From assembly GCA_964016885.1 (NCBI GenBank), contig OZ024750.1:27714001-27778000 (forward strand): 64,000 nt of DNA, in the 5' to 3' direction. The stretch is from Eledone cirrhosa. Taxonomy: Eukaryota. Position 1 is the first letter of the stretch. The number at the start of each line of letters is the position of its first letter. Position numbers and translations under genes: made by a program. This document shows, one piece after another, positions 40,635 to 54,147 of the stretch. Under the pieces are notes generated by a model. That model saw only the letters and a list, made by a program, of their open reading frames with translations, did no database searches and was not told the DNA's origin.

Positions 40635-40860
40635 TTCGATTCCTGGGTTGCGTGTTGTGTTCTTGAGCAAAACACTTCATTTCACGTTGCTCCAGTACAT
40701 TCTGAATTTGAGTATCAGCAATAGCGGGGGTTTAACCCTGCGATGGACTGGCGTCCTGTCCAGGGAACGAGGGTGTATTGTACTCCCAGTCGCTTCACGA
40801 CATTAAACCGGGATAAGCACCGGCCAAATGAGCCTTCTGGCTTAAGACAGACTTAGACTC
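40635..40860 (+). mobile_element. SINE3: CORE-like plus V-domain-like composite SINE
   Basis: TGTTCTTGAGCAAAACACTT followed by CCCTGCGATGGACTGGCGTCCTGTCCAGGG; homolog at 54620-54860. Confidence 0.65.
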
Positions 40861-40877
40861 ATATATATGTATATATA

Positions 40878-40967
<90 letters not shown>

Positions 40968-41152
40968 TCCCGAATTGTGTCGGTGGATAACCAAAGTAAA
41001 AAAAGGTAGAGTACAACCATTTTTATTATATATGGCAATGACTTCTACAGGAATAGAACTGTTTCATTCGTTCGAAATCATCACTTAATTCCAAATATTC
41101 CTTTAATGTTGCAAAAATGTATATGTATGATTATATATATATATATATATAT

Positions 41153-41212
<60 letters not shown>

Positions 41213-41217
<5 letters not shown>

Positions 41218-41400
41218 GGTCAGGATCCCGACGGCTGAGCTCCGGCCGTTTCGACAGCTAGATCCGTGCGGATCTAGCTGTCGAAACGGCCGGAGCTCAG
41301 GCGTCGGAGTCCTGATTCTTTTCCTATTACCCACTCTACTACCCTAAGTATCGAGTACGCTGGTGCGTTATTGTCCACCTGGTTCCTTACCACACGCCTG
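41213..41400. mobile_element. Family B fold-back element (variant helix II)
   Basis: Palindrome centred on GGATCCG-type loop ATCCG TG CGGAT; GAAACGGCCGGAGCTCAG..; tail on the right. Confidence 0.75.
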
Positions 41401-41419
41401 TTTTATATATATATATAAC

Positions 41420-41491
<72 letters not shown>

Positions 41492-41525
41492 CATATATAT
41501 ATATATAGACACACACACACACATG

Positions 41526-41559
<34 letters not shown>

Positions 41560-41660
41560 GGAAAATGGGGTTAAACATTTTCCTATTACCCACTCTACTA
41601 CCCTAAGTACTGAGTACTCTGGTGCATTATGGTCCACCTGGTTCCTTACCACACTTCCTT

Positions 41661-41720
<60 letters not shown>

Positions 41721-41726
<6 letters not shown>

Positions 41727-42199
41727 AAGTTAAATAAAAGTCAAATGATTAAAATTTAGCTTCGTTTATTACTGCTATATATATTTCAGTGACAGCCATC
41801 TTTGGCTGTGACCTCTTCAGGCAGTTTGAATTAGTGTGGTATAGACAAGTACATATGTTGTTTAGGTGTATAATATTGTCAATACTCTGATATGCCCAGT
41901 TCCTTGTTGGGTTGTTAATTCACTGAGGAACTGGAGTCATATCCAGTTATAGCAGTCATATCCAGTTATAGCAGTCATATCCAGTTATAGCAGTCATATC
42001 CAGTTATAGCAGTCATATCCAGTTATAGCAGTCATATCCATATATAGCAGTAATAAACGAAGCTAAATTTTAATCATTTGACTTTTATTTAACTTTATTT
42101 TACACTACTCCGGAGGAACCAAACCAAGCTGCGCACTTCGTCGAGTGCTCCAGCCTGCATACTGAGGTGTCGGTATACAACCAACATAAACTCAAAATC
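41721..42199. mobile_element. Family E fold-back element
   Basis: Arms 41721-41782 and 42040-42100; minus-strand hammerhead; 19-bp repeats at the junction; tail ACTCC..GAGTGCT. Confidence 0.8.
41771..41825 (-). ncRNA. Type I hammerhead ribozyme (family E)
   Basis: Minus strand reads ACTGC CTGAAGA GGTC ACAGCC aaagat GGCTGT CACT GAAA TATATA TA GCAGT; helix II covaries with the 20162-20217 copy (ATAGCC/GGCTAT vs ACAGCC/GGCTGT). Confidence 0.8.
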
Positions 42200-42230
<31 letters not shown>

Positions 42231-43054
42231 ACATGTGTGTGTGTGTGTGTCTACATATATGTAAGTATACATGCACACACACATATATAAATATATATAT
42301 AAATGTGTGTGTGCGTTTGTTTATAGAAACACAGAGTTTAGAGTACTTTATCAGGCTGACGTAACAGCGACACTGCTTACCTGTGTTGTAAAGTGTTATG
42401 TCATACAAAGCTTCTGTATGTTGTAAACCTGACCACCCTGGCAGTTATTTAGACATACAATGCTTAATAAAGATTTTATACAGTCGTGTGAACGCGTTTT
42501 GATATTAAAGGCGATAAGGAAAACAGGACAACTGAGATTTTGGAAAAGATAATCTCATAGTTCCCAGGGCACCCTCATTATCAAACATGTTTTTTTCTTC
42601 TCTCTTTATTATTTTCTTTAACATGATGCAATAAATTCTATTGTTTTTATTTGTGTTATTTTTCTTGTTCTTGTTGTTGTTGTTACCTTTACTGTGTCTT
42701 TTCTTATTTTGGTGTTTTCTTTTCTTTTCTTCTATTTTTATTTGTGCAATTATTATTTTATCTATTATATTTTTGGTTTTGTTTTTATGAATTTTTCTTT
42801 AAATTAATTTTAGTTTTAATCTTTCTCTAATCTTATTTTTTTCTTTTGGTTTTTGTAGATGGTTTTGGTTTTGCCGTGAGAAGCAACATGTTCAGGGAAT
42901 GAACGACAAACTGCTTTCCCAGTGTAACTTACGTACGTTAGCTAGGCTACTGGTCGGCATTAATAGCCGCAGCCTTTTAACATTTCTTTTACTGTTGAAT
43001 ATAAACGAAAGACAGGGAAAATGTGGATAGGCACACAATAAAGTAGACACACAC

Positions 43055-43118
<64 letters not shown>

Positions 43119-43352
43119 TTAAGGATACTATTTATGGTTATGCATATACAAAAATCTTTTGTAGTTATATATATTTTTACAAACCCTAAATAGTGTTAGG
43201 CAGTAATACATTACTACCTTATTACCAGTAAGATAAATAGCTCAATGTAATAACATCAGTTGTTTTACAGAGCAGTTATATATAAGTTATAATAAATGAT
43301 TTGAACAGAACTTTGATTATTATAACTTATATATATATATATAATATATATA

Positions 43353-45465
43353 TACTCTTTTACTCTTTTACTCTTTTACCTGTTCCAGCCACACATTTTA
43401 TCTCCAGCCTGTATTGGTTGGCCACTGGTGCAAGAGGGAGTTTGTTGCTGCTGCCCTTAGGTTTCCCTCGTGCCTTGCTGTGGGCTCATCCGGGATCCTG
43501 GATAGCAAGGTGTCGAGATGTTTCTTGAAGACATCTACCTCCACACCATGCAGATCTCTCAGATCCCTCGGCATCTTGTTGAAGAGTTGAGGGCCCTTGA
43601 ACCCCAGGCTATTGCAATATCTGCTCCTTATTTTAGATGTGGAAGACGGGACCTTTGGCACCACACAGTGACGTCCTGTTCGACAGTTGGTCCAGCTCTC
43701 AATACCAAAGTTTGGTGCTAGACCCTCCAGGATTTTCCACATGTAGATCAATGCGTATCTCTCCTGTCTTCGTTCCAAGGAATAGAGGTTCAGTATTTTT
43801 AGCCTCTCCCAGTAGCTTATCTCCTTCATTGTGGCAATCCTCTTGGTGTAGCTTCGCTGGATTGCCTCAAGCTCCGTGGTTAGTTTGACACTATGGGGTG
43901 ACCACAACTGGGAGCAATAGTCAAGGCGGCTTAGGACAAATGTACTCCATAGTGTCAACATGGTGTCTCGGTCTCTTGTCCGGAAAGTCCTCAAGATCCA
44001 GCCAGCGAGTCGTCTGCACATTGTCGCCACTTTCATGATGTGTGAGGAAAAAGATGCATCATCGCTCATGTCTACACCCAGGTCTCATATCGATTTTGAC
44101 ACAGGGATATCGGTCCCTCCTGGTCCTGCGTATTCGTGTTTTCAGGTTTGTATTGTAGGGCTTGGAATTTGCCAGCATTAAACTGCATGTTGTTGTCTTC
44201 CGCCCATTTGTATATGGCATCCAGATCTTGTTGTAAAAGGGCAGCCGGGTTTTTGATTGCCTGCGCTACCTTAGTGTCATCGGCATAGCTAGTGAGGGAT
44301 GTTGTTGTGTATGTACTACAGAGGGCATGTCTGAGAGAGCCACCAAAAACAGTAGTGGTCCTAGGACTGTGCCTTGGGGCACTCCACTTGTTATTGATGT
44401 TTCCTTTGAGAGGGCCCCGTTTGCTGCGACTGTCTGGCTTCTGTCCTTTAAGAAGTCGTGCAGCGACTCACCTACTTTTCCAGTTATGCCGAGTCCGTGT
44501 AGTTTGTGACATATCATTCCGTGGTCGACATTGTCAAAGGCCTTAGCAAAGTCAGGATATATCACGTCCACATGTGAGCTGTCTAGCAGTTGTTTCAGTA
44601 CCCAGTCGTGGTGATGTAGCAGCTGTGTAAGGCAGCTTCTTCCTGGGCGGAAGTCATGCTGCGTGCTAGTCAGGCGGTCATTTTCCTCGAGGAAAGTGAT
44701 CAGTTTCTTTCTGACGACTCGCTCCATGACCTTACTGATATGCGACGTCAGGGAGACTGGCCTATAGTTTTTGGCCTCCGCTCTGCTACCTCCTTTATGG
44801 ATAGGGCATACTGTGCCTTCTTTCAACTCCCTGGGTAGTATACCGCTAGCTAAGGAGCTTCTGAAGAGCGTCTTCAGTGGAGTTGCTAAGGCCCGCTTAT
44901 ATGTTTTTAAGAGGAGTGCTGGGAATCCATCAGGTCCAGCAGCTGAGTCTGTTCTAATTGCATCTATGGCGTATACCACATCCTCCTCCGTTATGTCTAT
45001 GTGGTTGATGGTCGCAATTTCTTCATGTAGTGTTGTGGCATCAAAGAACTCCTCTGGCTTTGTTATTTGCATGTGCTTCAGTTGGCATGTGAACACACTT
45101 TTGTACTGTTCGTTCAGTATTTCACATATCTCTTGGGGATTCTCGGTTAATGAACCGTCTGTATGGAAGAGTGGCCCAATCTTGCAGTGTACCGAGGCAG
45201 TTTCTTTTGAAAATTTAAAGAAGGCCTTAGGGTTTGTTTTAATATTTTCTATGGCCCTACTTTCTTTCTTTGCCCTCTCATTTTCATGGGAAAGTTTGAG
45301 TGCAATCTCGGTGTCGAGAAGTGCACGTTTCAAATAGGATTCCTTCTTATTTTTTTTTCTTGTTGTGCATTCAACTGGTTTGAGAGCTTGGTTCTACGTC
45401 TCATAAGGATTTTCCTGTCTCTGGGAATAAGATTTTGTGTCTGTTTGCCTTTTTCTCCGGGACAA
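43353..45465 (-). mobile_element. 5'-truncated CR1/L2-group LINE with (TAAAAGAG)n 3' tail
   Basis: RT-encoding ORF2 remnant, stop at 43398, very short 3'UTR, three 8-bp tail repeats at 43353-43379. Confidence 0.9.
43398..45333 (-). pseudogene. LINE ORF2 reverse transcriptase, frameshifted
   Basis: Motifs AAGPDG, NYRPVSLTS, QHDFRPGRSC, DFAKAFD and SGVPQGTVLGPLLF; LTSYADDTK lies in another frame at about 44270-44296; C-terminal SRLDYCSQLW and YSLERR. Confidence 0.92.
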
Positions 45466-46185
45466 ACACACACAAAACACAACACACAACACACACAACA
45501 CACACAACACACAACTCACACAACACACAACACGCACAACACACAACACACAACACACACAACACACAACACGCAACACGCACAACACACAACACACACA
45601 ACACGCAACACACAACACACAACACACACAACACGCAACACACGACACACACAACACACACAACACACAACACACAACACACAACACACAACACACACAA
45701 CACACAACACACTACACACACAACAGACACAACACACACAACAGACAACACACACACATCACACAACACACACAAACACACACAACACACACATCACACA
45801 ACACACACAACACACAACACACACAACACACAACACACACATCACACAACACACACAAACACACACAACACACAACACACAACACACAACACACTACACA
45901 CACAACAGACACAACACACACAACAGACAACACACAACACACACAACACGCAACACACGACACACACAACACACACACATCACACAACACACAACACACT
46001 ACACACACAACAGACACAACACACACAACAGACAACACACACACATCACACAACACACACAAACACACACAACACACACATCACACAACACACACAACAC
46101 ACAACACACACAACACACACAACACACACAACACACAACACACAACACACAACACACACAACACACAACACACACAACACACATC
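45463..46185. repeat. (ACACA/ACACACA)n-based minisatellite
   Basis: Direct reading. Confidence 0.95.
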
Positions 46186-46368
46186 AGACACTACCACTCA
46201 GCCACTCAGAGTAGTACAAGATTATATCATATTTACTAGAGACAGGTTTTTGTTATATAAAAGAAACATCAGTGAAATCTTAATAGTAAAGTATTTGAAT
46301 GAAGTCATAGAACATCCGGTTTCCTTTATGAACCAATGATTGATTGTATAGCAGCACCGCCTACAACC

Positions 46369-46555
46369 GGGTGGATTGGCAGTATCGGTAGAGGGTCGGA
46401 CGCCATGCTTTCCAGCATAGTTACGTCCCTTTACGATCTGAGTTCAAATCCCGCCGAGGTTGACTTTGCCTTTCATCTTTACGGGGTCGATAAAATAAAG
46501 TAGCAGTAATGCACTGGGTAATTGCTGGCCTTGTGCCTAAAGTAGAAACAATTAT
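46369..46555 (+). mobile_element. SINE1
   Basis: A-box TGGCAGTATCGG, B-box GAGTTCAAATCC and core. Confidence 0.9.
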
Positions 46556-46807
46556 ATACATACCCACTAATCTCTACTTTTATTACGGATGAAATCTCGA
46601 GATCCACACATTGTTTTCTAATTTTGGCATCAAGTCAACAAGTTATGGTGTGCTGTGGTGTGGAGGCGAACATTCCTTCTACCAACTGTACAACTGGTGG
46701 GATTTCAACTCAAATCATAGGGCCGGAACTAAGTAACTTGAATCATTTTATTCAATGCTCTAAAGTTTCTGCCAATTAGCCGCCATTTAAGACCCTGATA
46801 ATGATAA

Positions 46808-46995
46808 TAATTGTTTCTACTTTTTGGCACAAGGCCAGCAAATACCCAGTGCATTACTGGTACTTTATTTTATCAACCCCGTAAGGATGAAACGCAAAGT
46901 TAACCTCGGCGGGATTTGAACTCAGAATGGCAAGGACCGTAACTCTATGCGTCAAAGCATGGCGTCCGACCCTCTACCGATACTGCCAATCCACA
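46808..46995 (-). mobile_element. SINE1
   Basis: A/B boxes and core as in the other copies. Confidence 0.9.
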
Positions 46996-47039
46996 GCCGG
47001 ATAATGATCAAAATATTATAATATATATATATATATATA

Positions 47040-47241
47040 GACAGTCGATCGACTTTCGTCAAATCGGACCGAGGAAACAATGTTTCCATTGGTCTTTCTA
47101 ATTGCTAATACTCTCTATCGCTCGCAACTCTAGGTAGAAGGAGCAACGAGAATTAAAGTGTCTTTCTCAAGGACATAACGCATCGCCCAGTCCGGGAATC
47201 GAACTCATAACCTCACGATTGGGAATGCATTTCTCTAACCA
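47040..47241 (-). mobile_element. SINE2 (CORE-type), full length
   Basis: Reverse complement of the 8902-9120 type; abuts (TA)n. Confidence 0.85.
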
Positions 47242-47245
47242 CTCC

Positions 47246-47646
47246 ACCACGCGCCTTCACTATATCTTCTTCTTCTTCTTCTTCTTCATCTAGGTCGTGG
47301 GGGCAGAGTCCTCAAACACTCATTCCAGCGAGTCCTATCAGAAGCAACCGTCTGCAAATGATCCGGCTGGACCCTCAAGCGCGACCAGCCATGCTAATGG
47401 ATGTTATCCAACCATCTTGCTCGGGGTCTACTCCTGGGTGTCATACCGGTTGGTTTTGTCCATAAAAATCTGTCATCGATGCTTTCCTGTGACATTCTAA
47501 CCACATGTCCATAATATCAGAGCTGAGATCTCTCGATCCGGAGAAGCAGTCACTCTGCCTAGAGTGGCTCTCTCATCTCCGAGCTACACACTTCATCGAG
47601 TAACTTTACTTCAAAGACCCTTCGGAAGAACCCCACTTCGTCCGCT

Positions 47647-47648
<2 letters not shown>
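47246..47648 (-). mobile_element. RTE LINE 3' end with (GAA)n tail
   Basis: Reverse complement has RPRSRPRARWLDNI-like coding remnants; homologous to 24535-24775. Confidence 0.7.
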
Positions 47649-47698
<50 letters not shown>

Positions 47699-48337
47699 TA
47701 CCGAATTCGTAGACCAGACCCCTTTATCTTCTTCTTCTTCTTCTTCTTCTTCCTCTTCTCTCTTTTCTCTCTCTCTCTTTCCCCCCCCCCCCCCCCCCGT
47801 CAAACTTGGGCGAAATTCTTTCCTTGCTCACATTTCAACCAGGTTTGATGGTCTTTTGTCTCTTGTTCACGATTTCACCGAGTTTATATTCATAGAGATC
47901 TGGGACTTGTCTATTTCTTCTCACTTTCCGTTGCTTAAACTTTTTTGTTTGTTACCCTGGCGTCCCCTTTGTTTACGTGTCCCAACGACTTTTTTTAGCC
48001 GTTGTTCGCACCAACCTGAGGCATATGGCCCTTAAAGCGATGAAATGCCTGGGACGGTTGGAGGGTCACTGATGAAGGACCTACTTTTTCACATGCCCCA
48101 CCATTTGCAACGGGCAGCCTATTATTTTCATATATATATTATATATATATATATGTTAAAACAATGAAATAAAAAATCAAGTCATATTTATTTCATTGTT
48201 TTAACTTATATCATGACTCTGTTTTCCTTTTAATGTTTTATTGTTTACCGAGATTTATCTTAACCTACAGCATTTTCAACATATGGATTACATCGAGTTC
48301 TTCATGCAGAATAGACCCCACAACTTAGTGTGGATAC

Positions 48338-48378
<41 letters not shown>

Positions 48379-48436
48379 AAATTAAATTAAGGGTATTATA
48401 TATATATATATATATACAAAATTAAATTAAGGGTAT

Positions 48437-48472
<36 letters not shown>

Positions 48473-48501
48473 ATATATATATATGTCAATCAATTTCTAG
48501 T

Positions 48502-48531
<30 letters not shown>

Positions 48532-48534
<3 letters not shown>

Positions 48535-48957
48535 AAAATGCATGACCCCCGACGGCAGAGCTCAAGCCGTTTCGACGGCTATTTCTGGACTAAATTAGAA
48601 TTTTTAGCGTGGTAAATAAATAGCCGAACATTTCAAGGGGTAATTCCTTATATGGAAAGATTGTAGTTGTCAAGAGGATTTGTCAATATCTCTTGTAAAC
48701 TTTCCTGTAAATTACAAGAAAGTTTGATCAGTCCTCTTGACAACTACAATCTTCCCATATAAGGAATTACCCTTTGAAAAGTTTGTCTATTTATTTACCA
48801 CGCTAAAAATTCTAATTTAGTCCAGAAATAGCCGTGGAAACGGCTTGAGCTCTGCCGTCGGGGTCATGCATTTTCCTATTACCCACTCTACTACCCTAAG
48901 TATTGAGTACTCTGGTGCGTTATGGTCTATCTGGTTCCTTACCACAACTCCTTCGTT
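48532..48957. mobile_element. Longest family B fold-back element
   Basis: Arms about 48532-48677 and 48732-48878; hammerhead 3' half at 48837-48859; tail with ACTCTACTACCCTAAGTATTGAGTACT. Confidence 0.85.
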
Positions 48958-48965
48958 ATATATAC

Positions 48966-49006
<41 letters not shown>

Positions 49007-49222
49007 AGATCAAAAGATGGTTAAAGGAGTTCCATGTATTTTATTATGCGCATTTCAAAAACAAACATCATCATGCAATAATATTTGTGTTTTCATATAT
49101 TATGTATACTCCAGTCCTACAAACTGTAGAGTGCTTCTTATCCGATATCTGCATTGCTTTATTGTACTACAATAAAACTCACCTCCTACATTATATATAT
49201 ATATATATATTATATATATATA

Positions 49223-49290
<68 letters not shown>

Positions 49291-49599
49291 GCAATTAGTT
49301 AGTTATTGAGTTTTATGGCATTGTTCAGGTTTTGGTTACACCGATCGATTTCTCACTGATTAACGTATGTGTGCACTCTGGGCGATGCATTTTTATTGAT
49401 ACAAACCTAATTATATCATTGAATGGGTGAGGGGCGACCGAGGCTGCGTCCATCCATTTCCACTAGCTTTGTATACCTAATATGATGCCTCTTGTATTCT
49501 GAAGGTATGATCTGGTCAAATTTGAGCTTTGAAACCTTCAGTAATAGCCTTTGTTCCGTGTATGAGCATAAATAATACAGTATATATATAATGTAATAT

Positions 49600-49662
<63 letters not shown>

Positions 49663-49666
<4 letters not shown>

Positions 49667-49953
49667 AACGAGTAGGACCCCGACGGCTGAGCTCAAGCCG
49701 TTTCGACGGCTAATTCTGGACTAATTTTAGTCAAGAATTAGCCGTCGAAACGGCTTGAACTCAGCCGTCGGGGTCCTACTCGTTCCTATTACCCACTCTA
49801 CTACCAGGTGGACCAAAACGCACCAAAGTACTCAATACTTAGGGTAGTAGAGTGGGTAATAGGAGTAAGTAAGACCCCGACGGCTGAGCTCAAGCCGTTT
49901 CGACGAGCCGTCGAAACGGCTTGAGCTCAGCCGTCGGGGTCTTACTTACTCCT
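49663..49953. mobile_element. Two abutting family B fold-back elements
   Basis: Palindromes centred at about 49725 and 49905; flanked by TA. Confidence 0.8.
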
Positions 49954-50018
49954 ATATATATATATATATATATGAAAAAATGGGGAGAAGAACACACACA
50001 CACACTCACACACACACT

Positions 50019-50085
<67 letters not shown>

Positions 50086-51539
50086 GTGCGTGTGTGTGTG
50101 TGCGCGCTTGTGTGTGTGTGTACCTGTGAGTGCAATCTTATTGTTTTGAATATATAAAATCTAAAGGTATGCATGTATGCCTGTGACTGTGTGTGTGTAC
50201 CCTGCATGTAGGAATATATTTAATAGAAAAAGACGGGCGTTGTCAATATTGTACGAGTTTAAAGCAAGAATACAATAAAAGAACTTATTGAAATAGAAGA
50301 GAATAGGAACAAAAAAGTTGCTTTATAAAAACTAAAACATGCGATAATGAAGTAGCGGCATGTCCTTGTAAATATGACAATATCAACAATTGTACTGTTA
50401 GCTTGAGCATCGTCAGCATGTGTAGCAGTTAAAGCAGGAGCAGTGGCAGAATAAGAAGAAGCTGCTGTGACATTGTGTTAGAAAGTTCTGCAACGACAAC
50501 AACAACAACAACAACAGCGCCAGTAGCAGTAAGTGAAACAAACAGTATGTAATAATAGCAAAGCTCTACAATCATAACAACATCCAAAACGATTAGTAGA
50601 AAATAAGGTTATCTGCCCTGTTTCCCACGATGTGTCAAGTTTGGTAGGTATGGGCTTGGAAAGCAAGCAAGTGGTGGTATAGGGTAGGTTTACAAAAGAG
50701 AGTGGGTACATGAGGGAAAGTGAGGGACAGTGAGAGAGGAAGAGAGGGGAGAGAGAGAGAGAGAGAGATAGAGAGGGGGAGGGGCGAGAGAGAGAGGCGG
50801 GCGGGTGAAAGGTGAAGAAGGAAAGAAAGATGAGACAGACAGGCATATAGACAGATAGTTAGATATACATACATGGGACAGACATGCAGTTAGATGACAG
50901 TAGATAGAGTGATTGCGGAGATAGAGATAGAGATAACGATAGAAAGAAACAAAGAAAGAAATTGAGAAAGTTCTCGTTTCTTTCGATGTCAATCTTTCCC
51001 GCCAAAAATACAAATGCAAAAAAAAATAAATAGAACTAAAAATACATGTCAGATAAAAAGTGGAAAAAACTAGCAAGATAAATATGAGCATGGAGAAGTA
51101 GGACGCCAACCAAAATTGAGAAATGAGAGAAAACCACCTTCCTCTCACTAGTTGTTCGGTTCACCTTAGGCAAGTTATGGCATCTTTTAAGCTTCTCTCA
51201 GGTTACAGACTTTGTGTATGCATAAATACCAGCAGATACACCCAAACATATACACATAAATATATACACACATACACATATATATACACACTCACTTACA
51301 CACACACTCACACAATAAAATTAATGTTCCCGAATCAATATTTGTTATATATTGTATCACAAAGTCGCAATGTTTTTTTTTTATATATATTTGTTGATTA
51401 TGTGTTGTTATGAGGCCGGTTCTTTTATATTTAACACTGGAGGTTTATACAGCATTGAGCTTTTAGAATTACTAAACTATCTTCACTGGTTAGTTTGACC
51501 TTTTTAATATCAAACCATGTGGTTAGAATGTCTCAAGAA

Positions 51540-51765
51540 AGAACCACTAGATAGATTTTACGGGCACAAACCAACTGGCAGGAGACGCAAGGGTAGAAAC
51601 CCGATCAAGATGGTTGGATAACATCCATGAACTTGGCTGGTATCACTTGGGGTGATCCAGCCGGATCAGTTGGAGACGATTGTTTCTGACAGGATCCGCT
51701 GGAAGGAATGTTTGAGGACATTGCCCCTACCCCCAGGAATAAGTGGGCGAAGAAGAAGAAGAATA
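51540..51765 (+). mobile_element. RTE LINE 3' end
   Basis: PTGRRRKGRNP.SRWLDNI..QLETIVSDRIRWKECL remnants; (GAA)n tail. Confidence 0.7.
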
Positions 51766-51840
51766 ACAAACCACTTCTGGTTTTATGAAGCAAAACCACC
51801 AAATTTAAATGGTTCCTACATAATTATAACTTTCCAGCAT

Positions 51841-52025
51841 TGGATTGGCAGTATCGGTAGAGGGTCGGACGCCATGCTTTGCAGCATAGAGTTACGGCCC
51901 TTTATGGTCTGAGTTCAAATCCCGCCGAGGTTAACTTTGCCTTTCATCCTTACGGGGTTGATAAAATAAAGTACCAGTAATGTACTGGGTAATTGCTGGC
52001 CTTGTGCCAAAAGTAGAAACATTTA
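51841..52025 (+). mobile_element. SINE1
   Basis: A/B boxes and core. Confidence 0.9.
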
Positions 52026-52082
52026 TTATTATATAAGAAACTCTCAGGTTAAGTTTTAACACATTTTTCAAACATATATGGA

Positions 52083-52440
52083 TGCAAAATCATGGACACG
52101 CCATCGGTGTTGTATCTTGGAGTCACTGGGTGTTTCGGGTCTTACAGCAAGGTCACCCTCATCTAAGTAACCCACCTACACATGTAAATATATGCACACG
52201 CCATCGGTGTTGTATCTTGGAGTCACTGGGTGTTTCGGGTCTTACAGCAAGGTCACCCTCATCTAAGTAACCCACCTACACATGTAAATATATGCACACG
52301 CCATCGGTGTTGTATCTTGGAGTCACTGGGTGTTTCGGGTCTTACAGCACAGTCACCTTCATCTAAGTAACCCAACAACAGATGTAAATACATGGACACA
52401 TCATCATTGTTGCGTCTTGGAGTCACTGAGTTGTTCCTTA
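52083..52440. repeat. 100-bp tandem repeat, about 3.5 copies
   Basis: CCATCGGTGT at 52101, 52201 and 52301. Confidence 0.9.
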
Positions 52441-52489
52441 AGGATGTAATATGGTTACAATACATGGTCCTGTTACTGGAGGTTGTGAA

Positions 52490-52710
52490 GGCGATAGATT
52501 GGCAGTATCGGTAGAGCGTCAGACGCCATGCTTTGCAGCATAGAGTTACGGCCCTTTACACTCTGAGTTCAAATCCCGCCGAGGTTAACTTTGCCTTTCA
52601 TCCTTACGGGGTCGATAAAATAAAGTACCAGTAACGTACTGGGGTCGATTTAATCGACTCCCCCTCCCCCAAATTACTGGCCTTGTGTCTATATAAGAAA
52701 CCATTATTAT
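52490..52710 (+). mobile_element. SINE1 (long subtype)
   Basis: A/B boxes, core and GTCGATTTAATCGAC hairpin. Confidence 0.9.
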
Positions 52711-52711
52711 T

Positions 52712-52895
52712 TGAGGTTGTAATATGGTTATATTACATGGTTGTTGTTGTTTGGTGTTGTAGTGTAGTTATATTACATGGTTGTTGTTGTTTGGTGTTGT
52801 AGTGTAGTTATATTACATGGTGTTGTTGTTTGGTGTTGTAGTGTAGTTATATTACATGGTTGTTGTTGTTTGGTGTCATAGTATGGTTATATTAC
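52712..52895. repeat. 40-bp minisatellite, about 4.5 copies
   Basis: TATTACATGG at 52731, 52771 and 52811. Confidence 0.9.
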
Positions 52896-53879
52896 TGCAC
52901 AGTTTTGTGACTACTATTGTTGCTGCTAGTTACGTTAGATTATGTTTGTTGTTAAGTTTATACTTTGGAAACTTTAAATATTGTTTTTCTATTTCTATTC
53001 TTTTTTTATTAGCGTGAAGTTGTTTTGAGCTGTGTTTTGTGTGGGTTGTGAGACATTTTGGTCCATTGATTTTGATGTTATTTATGGATTTTATTCATGT
53101 TTTTTTGACTATTCTAGCGTAGAAATGAGTTTGTATTTAGTCTGTCACCTTGTGGGATGTTTGTAGATGCGTCTATAATTGTTTTGGTGAATGTATATAC
53201 GTACTGCATTATCTGTGCCGGAAGCCGTGTTACCATGGACGTCACCGTATGACCTCTCCACCAAAATAAACTGAGGCCAAATCTACTAATCTCACTATAT
53301 CATCTATAAAAGGGTTAAATATACTGGATAAATTTACACTGAAGATGACATACGAGAAGAGGAACTAGAATGGTCTGGTCACGACTAGGATATTGGTTAA
53401 AGTACAGGTTCTTGACACAGAAGTATTTCTTTCAATAAGATAAAAGGGTGAAGGGGAACAACGGAAAGTACAAATCTGCATGAAGCTAGCCTCCGTCCTT
53501 CCCACAGAGAAATATTCACAAAATCTCCATCAAGTAACATTTAGAAATAAAGCAGAGAAATACACGCCTCTACAGGAAAATTAACATTGACAGCAACAAC
53601 AACAAAACAGGAAGTAGCACTATTTCTATCTCCAATGTCACAGTTCTACTCAAAATAGATTTTAAAATAAACGTTTCACACAAAAATAGAGTTTGTTTGC
53701 TTACAGGCAAACATAGGTTGAACCATTTCGACTTTTTCTTGTCAAAATGTTTTTATATATTGTCTAATAGTGATAAGGTTTTTACCAACAGACAGTTTAC
53801 TGTATTAATACCTATTGCCCACCCTGAGTATTGTACTCCGGACACGCGTCTGACTTACACACATAATATATAGATATAC

Positions 53880-54050
53880 AGTAGAGAGTCGGATACCATG
53901 CTTTGCAGCATAGAGTCATGGCCCTTTACGCTCTGAGTTCAAATCCTGCCGAGGTTAACTTTACCTTTCATCCTTACGGGGTCGATAAAATAAAGTACCA
54001 GTAATGCACTGGGATAATTGCTGGCCTTGTGCCAAAAGTAGAAACAATAA
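53880..54050 (+). mobile_element. SINE1, 5'-truncated
   Basis: B-box, core and tail. Confidence 0.85.
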
Positions 54051-54147
54051 TATATAGATATACATACCTAATCGCACGCAAAGATTCATGGCCTATGAGA
54101 GTGGGATGAATGACTTTAGTCATTTAGTAGTGAATATCTGACTAGAC

